Positions 29,563 to 32,420 of a DNA stretch of 32,420 nt are shown here, piece after piece. The DNA lies in sequence record SRR20825006_2474. One strand, 5' to 3'. Both the position numbers and the translations under genes were made by a program. The first letter of the stretch is position 1; each line of letters starts with the position of its first letter. Under the pieces are notes generated by a model. The model saw only the letters and a program-made list of their open reading frames with translations, had not been told where the DNA came from and ran no database searches.

Positions 29563-30618
29563 ATGTCTACCCTGAATCTGATTGTCCATGAGGTTCAAAA
29601 GGAGGAGGCTGATCGTAAAGACGCGGACGCGTCGAGAGCGAGAATAACCTTTCGAGATGACGAGAACCGAATTGATGAGCACTCAGAGAACCTTAGCAAC
29701 CAGCTGCGAGAGCTGTTCAGAAAAACAGGATTGAGCACAGGTGAGTTTAGTGCTGCGGATGAAGCTGACGGCGAAGCGCCAGAGTTCAAACAGCTATTAG
29801 AGCGCTCATTCGACGGGCGTCAATTTGCAGACTTTGTGAAATTCTCGAAGGATGCCACCTATTTATTCAAGAAAGAGCTCGACCGATCCCCACCTTCAAA
29901 GGGCGGCTATCTTTGGTTTAACCATTATGTTTACGGAGGCGAGCACTTCCTCTCAGTTGTGCTGCTTCGCAAAAAAAAGGGCCTGCGCTTAGGAAAGGAT
30001 CTTAGTCTTGCAGAAATCGAGCAGCTAGATCTTGACAAACTTCACATGGCAGCTCGTTTGAATCTCAGCGCCTGGTTGGAGGGGAAATCCACTCGGTATA
30101 TTTCATTCCGTGTGGGGCAGGGTGCAACTGAAGTGACTAATTATTTCTCACTCTTCGTTGGATGTGCTGAGTATCGAAGAGACAAGGCCGATACGGCCAA
30201 TATGATACATGCGCTAAGGGCATATTGTAGCTTTCATAATTGGAATGAGAATAAGATCGAGTCTGTAAAGCAAAGCCTCTACGATAAATGTGTGGAGTGG
30301 AGGCGGGATGAGGTGCCCGTTATGCTTGACGCAATATCAGAATACCTTGATGCGCTTCATGTGACACCGGATGGAGAGAAGGGAATTTTTTTAGAGAAAG
30401 CGCAGCGTGATTTTGAATTAAGCAACCATGTTCCTATAAACAGTCAGGAGCTAAATAAACTTCGGAGATATTCTGGCCGAAATAGTAATATTTCGATAAG
30501 TTTCAAGAGTGGTGCGCTGAACGTAACAGTATTTTACGACGCTAAATCGGAGGAGCTTCGTGTAACTGATGTTCCCGATGAACTCAAGCTGCAGTTAGAT
30601 AAGAAGAAAGATGGATAA
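29563..30618 (+). CDS. NdpA/YejK-family nucleoid-associated protein (divergent, island-type)
   Basis: LIVHEVQK, KGGYLWFNHY, LDLDKLHMAARLNLSAW, YISF, NYFSLFVGC. AAGGAG RBS. Confidence 0.85.
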   Translation: MSTLNLIVHEVQKEEADRKDADASRARITFRDDENRIDEHSENLSNQLRELFRKTGLSTGEFSAADEADGEAPEFKQLLERSFDGRQFADFVKFSKDATYLFKKELDRSPPSKGGYLWFNHYVYGGEHFLSVVLLRKKKGLRLGKDLSLAEIEQLDLDKLHMAARLNLSAWLEGKSTRYISFRVGQGATEVTNYFSLFVGCAEYRRDKADTANMIHALRAYCSFHNWNENKIESVKQSLYDKCVEWRRDEVPVMLDAISEYLDALHVTPDGEKGIFLEKAQRDFELSNHVPINSQELNKLRRYSGRNSNISISFKSGALNVTVFYDAKSEELRVTDVPDELKLQLDKKKDG

Positions 30619-31897
30619 TTCGACTCCAACCCTTGGCTATTCCGAGTTTGGCGATATCATCAAAGATTGGAAGTTCGCTGTTAAACCCGATGGCCTCGCA
30701 ACTAAAGTCACTATTAGTGAGGCGGTTGTTCGAGATATCGAGAAAAGATTTTGGTATTTGAAAGATGTATTAGGTACGAGGATTAATGGTCGTGAATATA
30801 TGCCAGATGAGTTGCTCAGGTTTGAAGGCGAAGAATGCGAGTTGCTCCTTCCTTATAATGGCCTGAAAGACCTAGGAATTAACATATATGAATCGTGGTC
30901 AAGCTTTCTGACTGTTCTAAATCATCGAGTATGCCCTCCTAGTAGTTTTTTTATCATCGAAGACTCTTCGTTTTTAGATGAGGCAGGGAATCCAAATGGC
31001 GGTTTGGTGGACCACTATCTTTCTGTTTGTGACTTTATGCAGCTGCTCATTGGTGCCTCGGATCATGCGGAAAGACTAGACGAGGTTTCAGTAAGAAGCT
31101 TAGTGTTCTTATTCAAGAACAGGCTTGAAATCCCTGTAGAATATGGCACAGAAGTGTTAGGTGATAAACTAGACGGTTTCTCCATTCTTCGAGATTTATT
31201 TGACGAAAACTCCCATATTGAGCAGAAACGCAATATATTAAAAGAGGTGCTCAACCAGCAATGTCTACCTATACACGAGGCCGATCGGCTGACTCACATA
31301 CTCAATAATTTTGGGCTTTTCTCTGCGCGCGTCGTGGAAAACTATCATCTTTTTGTAACAGATTTTTCATTTGAGGATGTTCGAAAAGAGTATGAGGAAA
31401 AGCGTCGAGACTATTTATTAAAGATTGATGAGATATTTTCTTCTGTGTATACGAAGTTGATGGGTATACCTGTATCTCTTGGTATATTGGCTGTGCGAAT
31501 GGGTGGCTTAAAGAATTTCACTCCTGCAGCAGATTTTTTTCTGATGCTTGCGATCGCAGTATATGCTTTAATGATGGTTGCGTTGGTGCAGAATCAAAGG
31601 CATTCCCTTGTTGCTCTCAAGCAAGAGTTCAAAGGGCAGATCGATAGATTTAGGCTTGTTTACACACTAAAGAACGACAAAATTGATGAGATTGAATCAG
31701 AATTAAGAGAGCGAAGTCGATTTCAAGAGAGATGCCTTACGGCGTTCTTTTGGATTTCTGTCCTATTACTTTTCTTCGTTGTGGGGCTATATTGCAAACA
31801 AGTCTTTCCCGAATATTGGGAGATAGCTATTGAACGTGCGAAAGAGCTTCTGGATTCTTTGAAAGTTCTTGTGGCCTCTTCAAGTTCCGCTACTTAG
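30611..31897 (+). CDS. Uncharacterised protein: soluble N-terminal region, coiled coil, about 3 C-terminal TM helices
   Basis: 8-nt overlap with the NdpA-like gene. Hydrophobic segments LMGIPVSLGILAV, FFLMLAIAVYALMMVALV, AFFWISVLLLFFVVGLY. Confidence 0.8.
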   Translation: MDNSTPTLGYSEFGDIIKDWKFAVKPDGLATKVTISEAVVRDIEKRFWYLKDVLGTRINGREYMPDELLRFEGEECELLLPYNGLKDLGINIYESWSSFLTVLNHRVCPPSSFFIIEDSSFLDEAGNPNGGLVDHYLSVCDFMQLLIGASDHAERLDEVSVRSLVFLFKNRLEIPVEYGTEVLGDKLDGFSILRDLFDENSHIEQKRNILKEVLNQQCLPIHEADRLTHILNNFGLFSARVVENYHLFVTDFSFEDVRKEYEEKRRDYLLKIDEIFSSVYTKLMGIPVSLGILAVRMGGLKNFTPAADFFLMLAIAVYALMMVALVQNQRHSLVALKQEFKGQIDRFRLVYTLKNDKIDEIESELRERSRFQERCLTAFFWISVLLLFFVVGLYCKQVFPEYWEIAIERAKELLDSLKVLVASSSSAT

Positions 31898-32259
31898 AGC
31901 AAGTTAAAATCGAAATGCCCTGGATTCGGGTCAAAAGGTATCTGAGCATATCTCGGGTAAAATATAATCGGGTGGCCGGGGTATCTAACTCCCAGCCCCT
32001 TTTGCCGGTGTTTCCGAGCGCAATGATCGCCTGACATAAATGTCCATCTTGATCGGGCTCGTGACTTTGGTGAGCGGTTTTCACCCCCGCGCAAAAAGGC
32101 AGTCCGTGGCCCGTAGCAGATCCAGTAGTTGTTGCTGATGGGTGGAAATTACCCAAACGGCGGTTCTGAGAAAAATGTTGGTAACACGATGTTGTCGCCC
32201 GAGCCTGATAAGCTGTTGTTTATAAGTTAGACTCGCTCTATGAGCAACGTTAATCGCAT

Positions 32260-32285
32260 ATTTCATATTCGTATAAACTTATTTT
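32260..32285 (-). repeat. Right-end imperfect inverted repeat (32260..32279) plus 6-bp spacer TATTTT (32280..32285)
   Basis: Partner of 257..276. Host sequence resumes at the GAC at 32286. Confidence 0.5.
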
Positions 32286-32420
32286 GACCGCAGTTACTAC
32301 CCCTGCCTAGAGAAAACCCAGGGCCTTCCTTTTACCTTCTACATCCGTGCGGGCCTCGACGGCACCGGCACCCATCGCGCCATCGACTCTATCACCACGG
32401 GCCTGCGTTGGCGGCTGGTG
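32286..32420 (+). pseudogene. 3' part of the interrupted host flavodoxin-like gene (runs off the window)
   Basis: Not in the ORF track. Translates [45 protein letters not shown], collinear with residues 78-122 of the protein at 28682..29152. Confidence 0.93.

Larger units (their letters stand above)
257..32285. mobile_element. Complete integrative element of GInt / strand-biased circularizing element type, inserted in a flavodoxin-like gene
   Basis: Host halves 26..256 and 32286..32420 join in frame. A four-gene recombinase operon sits just inside the left end. The ends form an imperfect inverted repeat, and the cargo is accessory (defence and catabolic). Confidence 0.9.

Noticed and set aside
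31890-32266. Short minus-strand ORFs near the right end
   Set aside because: Weak starts and no recognisable homology. Treated as the element's terminal region.
1-32420. CRISPR array, tRNA/rRNA, integron, reverse transcriptase, conjugation or phage structural genes
   Set aside because: None seen by eye: no regularly spaced repeats and no matching protein motifs. A covariance-model scan was not possible.

Overview
The window holds one complete ~32 kb integrative element, about 257..32285, probably from a gammaproteobacterium. It is inserted into a host flavodoxin-like gene, and both halves of that gene are visible: 26..256 and 32286..32420 join in frame as ...[13 protein letters not shown].... 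The left end carries a four-gene tyrosine-recombinase module of the GInt (ginABCD) / strand-biased circularizing element (intA-CDS2-intB-srap) type. Cargo, in order: a serine resolvase; an MmeI-like methyltransferase + SF2 helicase + GIY-YIG operon; a PHP-ABC ATPase (TrlF/Ppl-like); an alcohol-oxidation module (AgmR-like regulator, aldehyde dehydrogenase, PQQ quinohemoprotein alcohol dehydrogenase, outer-membrane channel, sigma-54 activator); a secreted HNH nuclease; orphan antitoxin-like small proteins; a helicase remnant; an intact, diverged copy of the flavodoxin gene it disrupts; and an NdpA/YejK-like + membrane protein pair. The best leads are (1) the replacement copy of the target gene, which is diverged at the insertion site, (2) an 80-aa protein that looks like three antitoxin tails joined together, (3) the NdpA + membrane pair as a candidate defence system, and (4) two non-coding repeat families around the catabolic module. 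All family assignments come from motifs recognised by eye; no searches were run.
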